Part shown: piece by piece, positions 42,284 to 50,742 of the stretch
Numbering within the stretch: the stretch's first letter is position 1
Layout of the letters: every line of letters starts with the position of its first letter
NCBI GenBank assembly: GCA_964342515.1
Contig: CAYFFP010000001.1
Span: 25,036 to 76,203 of the forward strand
Length of the DNA stretch: 51,168 nt
Source: an uncultured Candidatus Saccharibacteria bacterium
GTDB taxonomy: Bacteria; Patescibacteriota; Minisyncoccia; Phycocordibacterales; Zambryskibacteraceae
Direction: 5' to 3'
Program-made: the position numbers and the translations under genes
The notes under the pieces: generated by a model
Seen by the model: the letters and a program-made list of their open reading frames with translations, nothing else
Told to the model about the DNA's origin: nothing
Database searches by the model: none

Positions 42284-44809
42284 ATGAATAAAAAAGATGA
42301 TTTGATTATCGTCAAAGGCGCGAGAACACACAACCTTAAGAATATTACGGTTGAGATGCCGCGCAATAAAATAATCGCTATTACCGGCCTCTCCGGTTCG
42401 GGCAAATCCTCTTTGGCCTTCGACACTATCTTCGCCGAGGGTCAGCGCAGATACATTGAGTCGCTCTCTTCTTACGCGCGTCAATTCCTGCGCCAGATGC
42501 AGAAGCCGGATGTCGACGAGATTATCGGACTTTCTCCCGCTATCTCTATAGACCAGAAGTCTCGCTCCAATAATCCTCGCTCAACAGTCGCTACTATTAC
42601 CGAGATCTACGATTATTTGAGAATTTTATACGCTCGCATCGGCCGGCCGCATTGTCTTGTCTGCGGCCATGAGATCAAAAAACTCTCGAATGAAGAAATA
42701 AAAAATTTTATTTTGGAAAAAGCATCAATGTCAAAGGCGGCCTTTGACATATTGTCACCCGTTGTGCGCGGGAGAAAAGGTGAGTATTACCAGCTTCTCT
42801 ACGATCTTCTAGGTAAGGGATATAGCGAGGTAATGGTAGATGGTAAAAAGTATTCTCTCCGCGAACGCATTAACCTTACCAAGACCAAGAAACATGAGAT
42901 ATCGGTATTGGTCGATTCGATCAATCTTGCCGAAGATGACGCGGAAGAAAGACTCTCCGAAGCCATCGAAAGAGCCTTACACGAATCAGACGGCCTGCTT
43001 ATTTTGAAAACTAATCCGCCAGCTGGCGGAGAAGAACATTTGATGTCCGCCAAATGGGCCTGCCCGAGAGACGGCTTCTCTTTCCCCGAAATAGAACCGC
43101 GGCTCTTCTCGTTTAACTCGCCGTACGGGGCATGTCCGGAGTGTAACGGCTTGGGCACCAAGTATCTCTTCGGCTCCGAGCCGTGCGAAAGGTGCCATGG
43201 CAAGAGATTAAGGGAAGAAGCGTTAAATGTCCTTATAGGAGGGAAGAATATTGTTGATTTGACGGCTCTTTCCATCAAAGACGCGGACGAATTCTTCAAA
43301 AAACTCAAACTTACTCAAAGAGAAAAAAGTATTTCAAAAGTAGTGACAAGAGAGATTGAAGCACGACTCGCTTTTATGCTCAATGTCGGCATCGAGTACC
43401 TCTCGCTTGATCGCAGAGCGCACACGCTCTCCGGCGGGGAGGCGCAGCGCATTAGATTGGCTAGCCAGCTTGGATCGGGACTTGTCGGAGCGCTTTATGT
43501 GCTCGATGAGCCAACTATAGGACTGCACGCTCATGATAATGACCGGCTCATCAAAACGCTTCTCAACCTGCGCGACCTAGGCAATACCATTCTCATTGTT
43601 GAGCACGATGAGGAGACCATTTACTCCTCTGACTATCTGGTAGACATCGGTCCGGGCGCGGGTGTGCATGGGGGAGAGGTGGTTATTGCCGGTGACTTAG
43701 ACGAATTGCTTACCGCGCCGAAAAATAAAAATAATTCCTTAACTCTAGCGTATTTGCGCGGCGAGAAGAAGATTGAAGTGCCGGAAGAGAGGCGCGAAGC
43801 GGAGAGAGGAGAGATAAGGATCCGCGGAGGGAAAGTGTTTAATATTAAGCACTTAAATGTCGATGTTCCTCTGCGTCGGCTTATTGCTGTCACTGGAGTA
43901 TCCGGCTCCGGCAAGTCATCTTTCGTCTACGAAATTTTGCACAAGAATCTGCAGGCGCGGCTGGACCGTCGCTACCGGAGCGCGGAGACTCACAACTGCC
44001 AATCATTCGAAGGGACGGAATACTTAGGCAGAACGATACTTATCGACCAGTCTCCCATTGGTCGTACTCCGCGTTCTAACCCCGCCACTTACACCGGTGC
44101 TTTCACTTTCATCCGTGAGTTATTTGCCGAGACGGCGGAGGCGCGGGCCAGAGGTTGGAAGCCGAACAGGTTCTCCTTCAATGTCAAAGGCGGCCGGTGC
44201 GAAACCTGCCAAGGCAACGGCATGATCGAGGTGGAGATGCATTTCCTGCCGACCGTTTACGTGCCGTGTGACGTCTGCGGGGGCAAAAGGTTTATGAAAG
44301 AGACTTTGGAAGTGAAGTATAAGCACAAAAATATTTTTCAGGTGCTTGAGATGACGACAGAAGAAGCACTGGAATTCTTTGAGGATATCCCGGCGATTTA
44401 TGACCGGCTCAAGACCATGAATGATGTGGGTCTTGGCTACTTGGCGCTTGGCCAGTCCGCCACGACGCTCTCCGGCGGGGAAGCGCAGAGAGTAAAGATT
44501 GCTTCGGAACTCTATCGCCCGCATTTGGAGAAAACGATTTATCTACTAGATGAGCCGACAATAGGACTTCATTACGAAGATGTGAAAAAATTGATTGAGA
44601 TTCTCCAAAAACTCGTCGATAAAGGCAATACGGCAATGGTCATCGAACATAATATGGATTTCATCAAATCCTGTGATTACATCCTCGACATCGGTCCCGA
44701 TGGCGGAGATGGTGGAGGCGAACTGGTGGCTAAAGGCACTCCGGAAGAAGTAGCGGGCACAGATACGCATACGGGGAAGTATTTAAGAAAAACTCTCAGA
44801 AAGAAATGA
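42284..44809 (+). CDS. uvrA: Excinuclease ABC subunit A (841 aa, apparently lacking the insertion domain)
   Basis: Two ABC modules ([18 protein letters not shown]; LSGGEAQR twice) and Zn modules. Only 9 residues separate CPECNGLG from CERCHGKRL. Confidence 0.95.
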   Translation: MNKKDDLIIVKGARTHNLKNITVEMPRNKIIAITGLSGSGKSSLAFDTIFAEGQRRYIESLSSYARQFLRQMQKPDVDEIIGLSPAISIDQKSRSNNPRSTVATITEIYDYLRILYARIGRPHCLVCGHEIKKLSNEEIKNFILEKASMSKAAFDILSPVVRGRKGEYYQLLYDLLGKGYSEVMVDGKKYSLRERINLTKTKKHEISVLVDSINLAEDDAEERLSEAIERALHESDGLLILKTNPPAGGEEHLMSAKWACPRDGFSFPEIEPRLFSFNSPYGACPECNGLGTKYLFGSEPCERCHGKRLREEALNVLIGGKNIVDLTALSIKDADEFFKKLKLTQREKSISKVVTREIEARLAFMLNVGIEYLSLDRRAHTLSGGEAQRIRLASQLGSGLVGALYVLDEPTIGLHAHDNDRLIKTLLNLRDLGNTILIVEHDEETIYSSDYLVDIGPGAGVHGGEVVIAGDLDELLTAPKNKNNSLTLAYLRGEKKIEVPEERREAERGEIRIRGGKVFNIKHLNVDVPLRRLIAVTGVSGSGKSSFVYEILHKNLQARLDRRYRSAETHNCQSFEGTEYLGRTILIDQSPIGRTPRSNPATYTGAFTFIRELFAETAEARARGWKPNRFSFNVKGGRCETCQGNGMIEVEMHFLPTVYVPCDVCGGKRFMKETLEVKYKHKNIFQVLEMTTEEALEFFEDIPAIYDRLKTMNDVGLGYLALGQSATTLSGGEAQRVKIASELYRPHLEKTIYLLDEPTIGLHYEDVKKLIEILQKLVDKGNTAMVIEHNMDFIKSCDYILDIGPDGGDGGGELVAKGTPEEVAGTDTHTGKYLRKTLRKK
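43015..43030. repeat. 16-bp perfect palindrome TCCGCCAGCTGGCGGA (read as PPAGG)
   Basis: Inside uvrA at [11 protein letters not shown]. The 21-nt context is identical to the uvrC copy. Confidence 0.95.
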
Positions 44810-46068
44810 AAATAAATCATTTGCCGGATGGGCCGGGAGTTTACTTTTTCCTTAAATCCACCTCACCCAGCCCTCTCCTAGGCAAGGAGAGGGCAAAAGA
44901 AAAAGACCCCCTTCTCCTTACGTCTAGGAGAAGGGGTGGGGATGAGGTGCTGTATATCGGCAAAGCCACATCTCTCTGCGATAGGGTAAAAAGTTATTTC
45001 TCGAAAGATATATTTCTCTCGCGCGGACCGAGGATTGTAAAGATGCTTGAGGAGGCGGATAGAGTTGATTTTGTTCAGACTGATTCGGTGCTGGAGGCGC
45101 TGATTCTTGAGGCCAATGAAATCAAGAAGCATCAGCCGATTTATAACGCGAAAGAAAAAGATGATAAAAGTTATCTTTATGTCGCTATTACTAAGGAGAA
45201 GTTTCCTAAAGTAATTGTCACGCGTGGTTCAGGAGACTATGGACCCTTCCCACACAGCGGGGAACTGAAAGAAGCTTTAAAGATTGTCAGAAAGATTTTT
45301 CCCTTCCGCGATGATAAATGCAAATTAATTAACAAGCCCTGTTTCAATGCCCAAATCGGTCTCTGTCCCGGGCCGTGCGCGGGCTGGATTTCTAAGGCCG
45401 ATTACAGGAAACAAATCAGGAATATAAAATTATTTTTCGAAGGCAAGAAAGATACTCTTATAAAAACTCTTGAGAAAGAGATGAAAGTCTTTGCGAAAAC
45501 GCAGGAATTTGAGAGGGCTGGTGAAATAAAGAAGAAAATTTTTGCCCTCGATCATATTCAAGATATTGCTTTGATTAAAAAAGATTTAGAGGGAAGTTCT
45601 CAAGAAGGTTTTCGTATAGAAGCTTATGACATTGCTCATATCTCCGGCACCAATGTTGTCGGGGTAGTGACTGTCGTCGAAGATGGAGAGCTGAACAAAA
45701 GCCAATACAGGAAATTCAAAATAAGAGCGGATAATCCGCCAGCTGGCGGAGACGATACCAAGAACCTCAAGGAGATTATTTCCAGACGCTTAGGTCATCC
45801 GGAGTGGAAGTTCCCGAATCTTATTGTCGTCGATGGCGGCAAAGGGCAGATTAATGCCGCGAGAAAGGTTTTAGAAGAATCCGGACTAGAAATGATAGAT
45901 GTGGTCTCTGTGGTCAAGGATGAAAGACATAGGCCCAGAGAGATTCTAGGCACTGTGCAAATGCAAAGTCCGACTTTGCACAAATCTATTCTTCTGGCTA
46001 ACTCAGAAGCCCATCGCTTCGCTATCGGTTATCACAGACGACTGCGCGGCAAAGGATTTAGGATATAA
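44806..46068 (+). CDS. uvrC: Excinuclease ABC subunit C, minimised (420 aa; no C-terminal (HhH)2 region)
   Basis: GIY-YIG (GPGVYFF ... VLYIGKATSLCDRVKSYF), UVR motif (EFERAGEIKKKIFAL), RNase H-like domain (IEAYDIAHISGTN ... HRFAIGYHRRLR). ATGA overlap with uvrA. Confidence 0.9.
   Translation: MKINHLPDGPGVYFFLKSTSPSPLLGKERAKEKDPLLLTSRRRGGDEVLYIGKATSLCDRVKSYFSKDIFLSRGPRIVKMLEEADRVDFVQTDSVLEALILEANEIKKHQPIYNAKEKDDKSYLYVAITKEKFPKVIVTRGSGDYGPFPHSGELKEALKIVRKIFPFRDDKCKLINKPCFNAQIGLCPGPCAGWISKADYRKQIRNIKLFFEGKKDTLIKTLEKEMKVFAKTQEFERAGEIKKKIFALDHIQDIALIKKDLEGSSQEGFRIEAYDIAHISGTNVVGVVTVVEDGELNKSQYRKFKIRADNPPAGGDDTKNLKEIISRRLGHPEWKFPNLIVVDGGKGQINAARKVLEESGLEMIDVVSVVKDERHRPREILGTVQMQSPTLHKSILLANSEAHRFAIGYHRRLRGKGFRI
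44859..44949. repeat. ~91-nt in-frame palindromic element (outer stem plus two hairpins) inside the uvrC GIY-YIG domain
   Basis: Hairpin 1: GCCCTCTCCT-AGGCA-AGGAGAGGGC (44870-44894). Hairpin 2: CCCCTTCTCCT-TACGTCT-AGGAGAAGGGG (44908-44936). Outer stem: CACCTCACCC / GGGgaTGAGGTG. Confidence 0.85.
45735..45750. repeat. 16-bp perfect palindrome TCCGCCAGCTGGCGGA (read as PPAGG)
   Basis: Inside uvrC at RADNPPAGGDDTK. Confidence 0.95.
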
Positions 46069-46075
46069 TATCTAC

Positions 46076-46984
46076 ATGTCAAAAGTTAGGGTAGCAATAC
46101 TGCGCGGCGGACCGTCACATGCCTATGATGATTCGCTCAAAACCGGCGCGTATCTCCTCTCGCTTCTCTACGAAATGCCGGACGAGTATGAGCCGCTCGA
46201 TGTATTTATCTCCAAGGGCGGCGAGTGGCATTACCAAGGTCTCGCGGACGAACCGCATAAGATTCTCTCCCGAGCCGATATAGCATGGAACGCTATGCAT
46301 GGTCCGTACGGCGAGGACGGGCAAGTCCAGCGGCTCTTGGAAAATCTCAAATTGCCATTTGTCGGTCCGGGCGCGCTCTCGGCTTTGTTTGCCCACAACA
46401 AGGAGCTTGCTAAGGAGCTCTACCGCCGTCACTCACTCTCTACCCCCGCTTGGCAGATGCTGAATGAAAATAATTTCGACGAAGTACAACTTATTCCCGT
46501 TTTCAGGAACTTCATGCATCCGGTCATCGTCAAGCCCGCTACCGGCGTACGCGCTCTGGGTGTCCGGCTGGCGCATACCTTCCAAGAATTGGTGGAAGCG
46601 GTTAAGAATACTTTCCAATATTCGCCGAAAGTTCTGGTCGAGGAGTATATCTCCGGCAGTGTCTCCTCGTGTGTGGTAATCGAGCAGGCGAAAGGGGAGC
46701 GGCTTTATACCCTTGTGCCTTCCGGCAGGAGAAGCGTTGAAGAAAACAAAATAATCGCAGATATGGCCAAGACGGCCCACGAGACGCTCGGACAGAGGCA
46801 TTACTCAAGCTCGGATTTCGTCATCACGCCGCGCGGCAAGATTTACATACTGGAGACTAACTCCTTGCCGGTGCTCCATGAAAACTCTTTAGTCCACCAC
46901 TCTCTCCGCGCCACCGGCTGGCGTCCCCGAGATTTCGCGCACCATTGCTTGAATATGGCTCTCAACAAAGAACCTTATATTTGA
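46076..46984 (+). CDS. ddl: D-alanine--D-alanine ligase
   Basis: VRVAILRGGPSHAYDDSLKTG, HGPYGEDGQVQRLLE, and a C-terminal ILETNSLP ATP-grasp motif. Confidence 0.85.
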   Translation: MSKVRVAILRGGPSHAYDDSLKTGAYLLSLLYEMPDEYEPLDVFISKGGEWHYQGLADEPHKILSRADIAWNAMHGPYGEDGQVQRLLENLKLPFVGPGALSALFAHNKELAKELYRRHSLSTPAWQMLNENNFDEVQLIPVFRNFMHPVIVKPATGVRALGVRLAHTFQELVEAVKNTFQYSPKVLVEEYISGSVSSCVVIEQAKGERLYTLVPSGRRSVEENKIIADMAKTAHETLGQRHYSSSDFVITPRGKIYILETNSLPVLHENSLVHHSLRATGWRPRDFAHHCLNMALNKEPYI

Positions 46985-47031
46985 TATAGTTAAGCAGGCA
47001 CAGTTCTTCGTGCCCAAGAAAGGACACGAAC

Positions 47032-47412
47032 ATGACGCAGATGTCGCTCGGTCTTGGAATCGCAAGTCCTCAACCAATCCTTTTCCCCGTGGGTCGAAGG
47101 ATCATGGCTGGAGTGAGAGAACTCGAGAACATGGTCGGTCCGGACTGGCGAGATCGCATTAAGAAAAAACATCCAATCGCCAGCTTCAATCAGTGTGTCA
47201 TCTGCCAAGTTTCCGGCGGTGACTATGAGGACGGTTGTCGGATGCTGGGGATTAACCCCAAGAGCAAGGAACCAGCGATGCTTGGATTCAATGTGGTGGA
47301 TATCAAAAGTCTCCACGTGGACAGGGAGTTCGAAGCTCTGACGCGCGGCTGGGAGGTCGTCATTAAGAACCCATCAATCAGGAGTATCAAGCACCTGCGC
47401 ATTGCCGCCTAG
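47032..47412 (+). CDS. GC-rich orphan hypothetical protein
   Basis: Followed by the intrinsic terminator at 47417. An alternative antisense ORF exists, so the call is uncertain. Confidence 0.4.
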   Translation: MTQMSLGLGIASPQPILFPVGRRIMAGVRELENMVGPDWRDRIKKKHPIASFNQCVICQVSGGDYEDGCRMLGINPKSKEPAMLGFNVVDIKSLHVDREFEALTRGWEVVIKNPSIRSIKHLRIAA

Positions 47413-47416
47413 CGGC

Positions 47417-47452
47417 AGCCCGTCCCGCTTCAGCGGGACGGGCTGAAATTTT
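47417..47452 (+). terminator. Intrinsic terminator
   Basis: AGCCCGTCCCGC-TTCA-GCGGGACGGGCT followed by GAAATTTTAT. Confidence 0.65.
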
Positions 47453-47489
47453 ATAACAAAAAACGGGGTGCCAGAATTTCTGGCACCCC
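47453..47489 (-). terminator. Intrinsic terminator of the minus-strand KGG operon
   Basis: GGGGTGCCAG-n5-CTGGCACCCC, followed on the minus strand by GTTTTTTGTTAT. Confidence 0.65.
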
Positions 47490-47508
47490 TCTGAATCCTT
47501 GGTGTTCG

Positions 47509-47739
47509 CTATACCGTCGCCGGCAACAGGTCCGGCTCCGGCGTCAACTCTTCCATCGCCATCCTTTCGCGGCGCTTGCAATGACTGGCGCGGCCGCCTT
47601 TGCGACCCGCCTCACGGGCCTCCTCCCTCGTCCATTCGTGCGCGACGCCCTTCCGGTGGGCGGCCTTGCCGCCTTTGCTGGCGATTTCGCGCTGCTTGGC
47701 GTGGTCCATCGATGCGAAGCCTTGATTCCTCCTGTTCAT
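47509..47739 (-). CDS. KGG-repeat general stress protein (YciG-like)
   Basis: GFASMDHAKQREIASKGGKAAH...EEAREAGRKGG. Confidence 0.7.
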   Translation of the reverse strand: MNRRNQGFASMDHAKQREIASKGGKAAHRKGVAHEWTREEAREAGRKGGRASHCKRRERMAMEELTPEPDLLPATV

Positions 47740-47990
47740 CTCTGACCTCCATAGCGTTGCTGACTATATTGGGAATCCGCTTGCGCTCTGTGGCACTGCT
47801 GACAAAGCACGTGGTCTTTATCGGTCTTGACCACCGCTCTCTTGCCCAGACGCGTCTTGCCGTTACGGCCGGCCCGCACTTTCCGCACGAAGAGCGCGCG
47901 CCGCCGCCCACAACACTTGCACGTCTTCCGGCTTTTCCTTATGAACCGCTTTTTGTTCTGCCGTCCCATCGCTTTCCGCAGGTTCGGCAT
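47736..47990 (-). CDS. Highly basic small protein with CxxC...CxxC
   Basis: AAGGAGG SD 7 nt upstream of the ATG. ATGA coupling to the KGG gene. KTCKCCG...VLCQQCH. Confidence 0.5.
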   Translation of the reverse strand: MPNLRKAMGRQNKKRFIRKSRKTCKCCGRRRALFVRKVRAGRNGKTRLGKRAVVKTDKDHVLCQQCHRAQADSQYSQQRYGGQR

Positions 47991-48043
47991 GACGGCCTCC
48001 TTTCCTTCCTTAGACTACCACGAAAAATCAGATGTGTAAAATT

Positions 48044-48088
48044 TGGTGGACCCGACCCGATTCGAACGGGCGACCTCCTCATTGCAAA
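48044..48088 (-). other. 3' fragment of a tRNA-Ala(TGC) gene (anticodon loop to CCA): putative att site of the adjacent element
   Basis: The minus strand reads TTTGCAA-TGAGG-AGGTC-GCCCG-TTCGAAT-CGGGT-CGGGTCC-A-CCA. No matching 5' half lies upstream. Confidence 0.6.
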
Positions 48089-48272
48089 GAAATAAGTACC
48101 CTTATTTCTCTTGAAATATCCTTAATTTAAGGGGTAAAATCGTGATTCTGATCCTCAAATTCATACTATTGCAATGACCTGTTTCCTGCCTAGGAAAGTC
48201 CATGAAATAATTAGCTGCAACAGACTGCAAATTAACTAATAATCTCTACTCAATTGTACAAAATAGTCAGGC

Positions 48273-49370
48273 CTATATCAAGTTTTCAAATGTCATAATT
48301 TTCATCTCCGACTCCAAATCATCCGATGACAATGAGCGAAGATACACTTGAGTCATTCTTATATCTTTATGACCAAGAAGTCTTGAGATTTTTATCAGAC
48401 TGACTCCTTTTTCGGCGAGGTTTACAGCAAAGGTGTGACGAAATCTATGCAAATGGAATTTCACTCCAGATAGTCTTTCTAATCTCTTAACCCAATGCTT
48501 CAGTCCTTCAGCACTTATTCCTTTGTCGGTATTTAGAGAAACAAATAATTGCGGGGTTTTATAACTTTTCCTCTGGTCTAAATAATCTTGCAAAGCCATT
48601 GCTAATAATATATTAGTAATCGGCAAAATTCGATCACGTCCTGATTTTGATGTTTCGCCCCTAACTGTCAATTTCCTTTTTTCCAAGTTGATATCGGTCA
48701 CTTTCAAGCCAAGTAATTCGCTCTTTCGAATCCCACAAAACAGAAGCACAGCGAGCATTGCTCGATCCCTTTTTCTCTGCAACAAGGTGGTTGAATGGTT
48801 TTCAATAGCTGTCCTGATATGCTCGATATCCCCTTTACGCAAGGCCCTTTTGTCATCATAGGTTGGTTTGAATTTAGGCAGTTTTTTTATTGGATTTTCA
48901 ATAATATGTTTCTCTTGAACCAGCCACTCAAAAAACACATTCAACTTCATGGCATATGTCGCTACAGTCGAAAACTTAACGCCAGTTTTCTCAATTCCTT
49001 TTCCGACAATTCTAGTCCGAGTTTGCATTTCCTTGAAAAAATTAGTCAACGATTCCGTAGTCAGTAAATCGATTGTGACGTAAGAGAGTTTCCTGAAAAG
49101 ATCATACGACGCTTTATACCCAATTAAAGTGGCGGGGCGAAGTAGCGTTACATATTTCTTTTCCTCTATAAACTTATTGAAGAGTTCGTCTAGTTTGTCT
49201 GGAGTGGACATCTCTCTTGTTTTGCCGGTTTCCTTATCGGAACGCCCTAAAGACAAAGGACCAAGCGTTTTTCTGCATTCTTCTGGGGTTACGCCGTATG
49301 ATTCCATCACCGAGACTTCGTCGTACACAAACAATGAAATTGTATTGTGCTCCATGGTTAATGTATTCAT
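48273..49370 (-). CDS. Tyrosine recombinase / phage-type integrase
   Basis: C-terminal catalytic region GIRKSELLGL..., HRFRHTFAVNLAEKGVSL, LLGHKDIRMTQVYL. Confidence 0.85.
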   Translation of the reverse strand: MNTLTMEHNTISLFVYDEVSVMESYGVTPEECRKTLGPLSLGRSDKETGKTREMSTPDKLDELFNKFIEEKKYVTLLRPATLIGYKASYDLFRKLSYVTIDLLTTESLTNFFKEMQTRTRIVGKGIEKTGVKFSTVATYAMKLNVFFEWLVQEKHIIENPIKKLPKFKPTYDDKRALRKGDIEHIRTAIENHSTTLLQRKRDRAMLAVLLFCGIRKSELLGLKVTDINLEKRKLTVRGETSKSGRDRILPITNILLAMALQDYLDQRKSYKTPQLFVSLNTDKGISAEGLKHWVKRLERLSGVKFHLHRFRHTFAVNLAEKGVSLIKISRLLGHKDIRMTQVYLRSLSSDDLESEMKIMTFENLI

Positions 49371-50377
49371 ACCTTCTTACTAGACGGTAAGACTACCTGC
49401 TCAGTTCCTATTCTTTTTACTTGAGGATTCCCATTAAGATAATTTTGAAGATAAGCCACGAAACCTTGAATATCTCTGATCATAAACGGGCGATGGAAGT
49501 TATCAAGACTTGTTAATGGATGCTTATCTAACGAGTCCATTAACTCAACAATTTTTTCTGAAACAAGTTTAACTGCGTTCGCCGGTTCTTTTACTCTTTC
49601 ATTTTCATCCAGAACAATTCTGTTTATTCTGTTTGAAGCTTCAACCGACGAAAGTCCTTCATAATTTTGTTTGAGTAATTTCTCGGCATTATATGTTTCC
49701 CCATATCTATCTGCTCTTCGTAAAGCTTTGGCTAATTCAGAAACTATGTCCCTGGGAATAGTTTTTTGTTCAACAATTAGTTTTCTAAAGCCTCGTCTGT
49801 ATTTTTCTGGAGCTTCCTTGACTAATGGAACTTTTGCCTTGGAAAATTCAGGATCATTTAACGCTTCTTTCATTTCTTTAGTTTCTCCCAAGAGAGCCAG
49901 GTACTCCGAGATGGTACTTTCCGGCATACCAAGAAGTTTGTGGAGTTCTCTTACGCCGGGCTGACCATGCCGGAACCCACCATGGCCTTTCTTGACTTCT
50001 GCCGCCGAACTCAAGATTTTTTTCCTTATTTTATCTAGCATCATCGCCGTATCTAAGGGAGACATCTTTTCTTGGTGAATATTCTCTATCGCCTGTCGGA
50101 TGAATCTATCATCATCACTAATATCAAGGATTCTAACTGGGACTACTTTTAATCCGGCAATCTTCGCGGCTCTCCACCTACGTTCTCCGGTAATGATTAC
50201 AAAGTTCTTATCTATCTCGATGGGATAGATGATTCCGGCAGTAACAATGCTTTGGGCTAATTCTTTTAAATTCTCTTCGTTTCTAGATTGGCGTGGCTGA
50301 TTTGTATCTGCTTTTATTTTGTCTATTTCAACTTCAGTGATTTTCATGATATTTCTTAGTAAATTGAGTAAAGTCAT
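49367..50377 (-). CDS. ParB/Srx N-terminal-domain protein
   Basis: PRQSRNEENLKELAQSI...IITGERRWRAAKIAGL. 4-nt overlap with the integrase gene. Confidence 0.7.
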   Translation of the reverse strand: MTLLNLLRNIMKITEVEIDKIKADTNQPRQSRNEENLKELAQSIVTAGIIYPIEIDKNFVIITGERRWRAAKIAGLKVVPVRILDISDDDRFIRQAIENIHQEKMSPLDTAMMLDKIRKKILSSAAEVKKGHGGFRHGQPGVRELHKLLGMPESTISEYLALLGETKEMKEALNDPEFSKAKVPLVKEAPEKYRRGFRKLIVEQKTIPRDIVSELAKALRRADRYGETYNAEKLLKQNYEGLSSVEASNRINRIVLDENERVKEPANAVKLVSEKIVELMDSLDKHPLTSLDNFHRPFMIRDIQGFVAYLQNYLNGNPQVKRIGTEQVVLPSSKKV

Positions 50378-50544
50378 GAAAACAAACGAAAAACCCCATT
50401 GTTACGCAGTAGGAATATTCGCGAAGACCTACAACGTAAAAACGAGGTTCTTACCGCGAATATTTAACTATTGGCACAGAGACTAGATCGCCGTTCTCAA
50501 AGGCACTAAACCGACGCCGAAATATATACGTATATCGATTTATT

Positions 50545-50620
50545 CTTAACTTTGAACTTAACTTGGCCTTGGCTTAATGAGATCTTTATCAAAAACAGCA
50601 ACTTAACTTTTTTTAACTTA
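50545..50620. repeat. Four copies of (C)TTAACTT (iteron/parS-like) upstream of the ParB-like gene
   Basis: Copies at 50545, 50557, 50602 and 50613. Nearby are the 10-bp inverted repeat AATATTCGCG/CGCGAATATT (50414/50455) and the palindrome ATATACGTATAT (50523). Confidence 0.4.
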
Positions 50621-50742
50621 GGCCTATTATACACCTAGTCCTAATTTTCACTACCAGAATCACAAAGGTGGCTTGGTGTAGCTGTACTTTCCGAATTATC
50701 CGAATTCCATCTCTTTAAATAACAAAAATCTACTGAATCTGT

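Noticed and set aside
41230-45750. LexA/SOS-box-type operator as the explanation for the 16-bp palindrome in the uvr genes.
   Set aside because: The copies lie deep inside coding regions (hundreds of nt from the starts), not in promoters. They add residues to the proteins, and no lexA gene is in the window. The idea is not impossible but is less parsimonious than an inserted or selected DNA word.
46990-47316. 108-aa minus-strand ORF as an alternative to the plus-strand 47032-47412 ORF.
   Set aside because: It is not firmly excluded. The plus ORF is preferred because a plus-strand intrinsic terminator follows it at 47417. The minus ORF would need to start inside that convergent arrangement and end inside the ddl terminator region.
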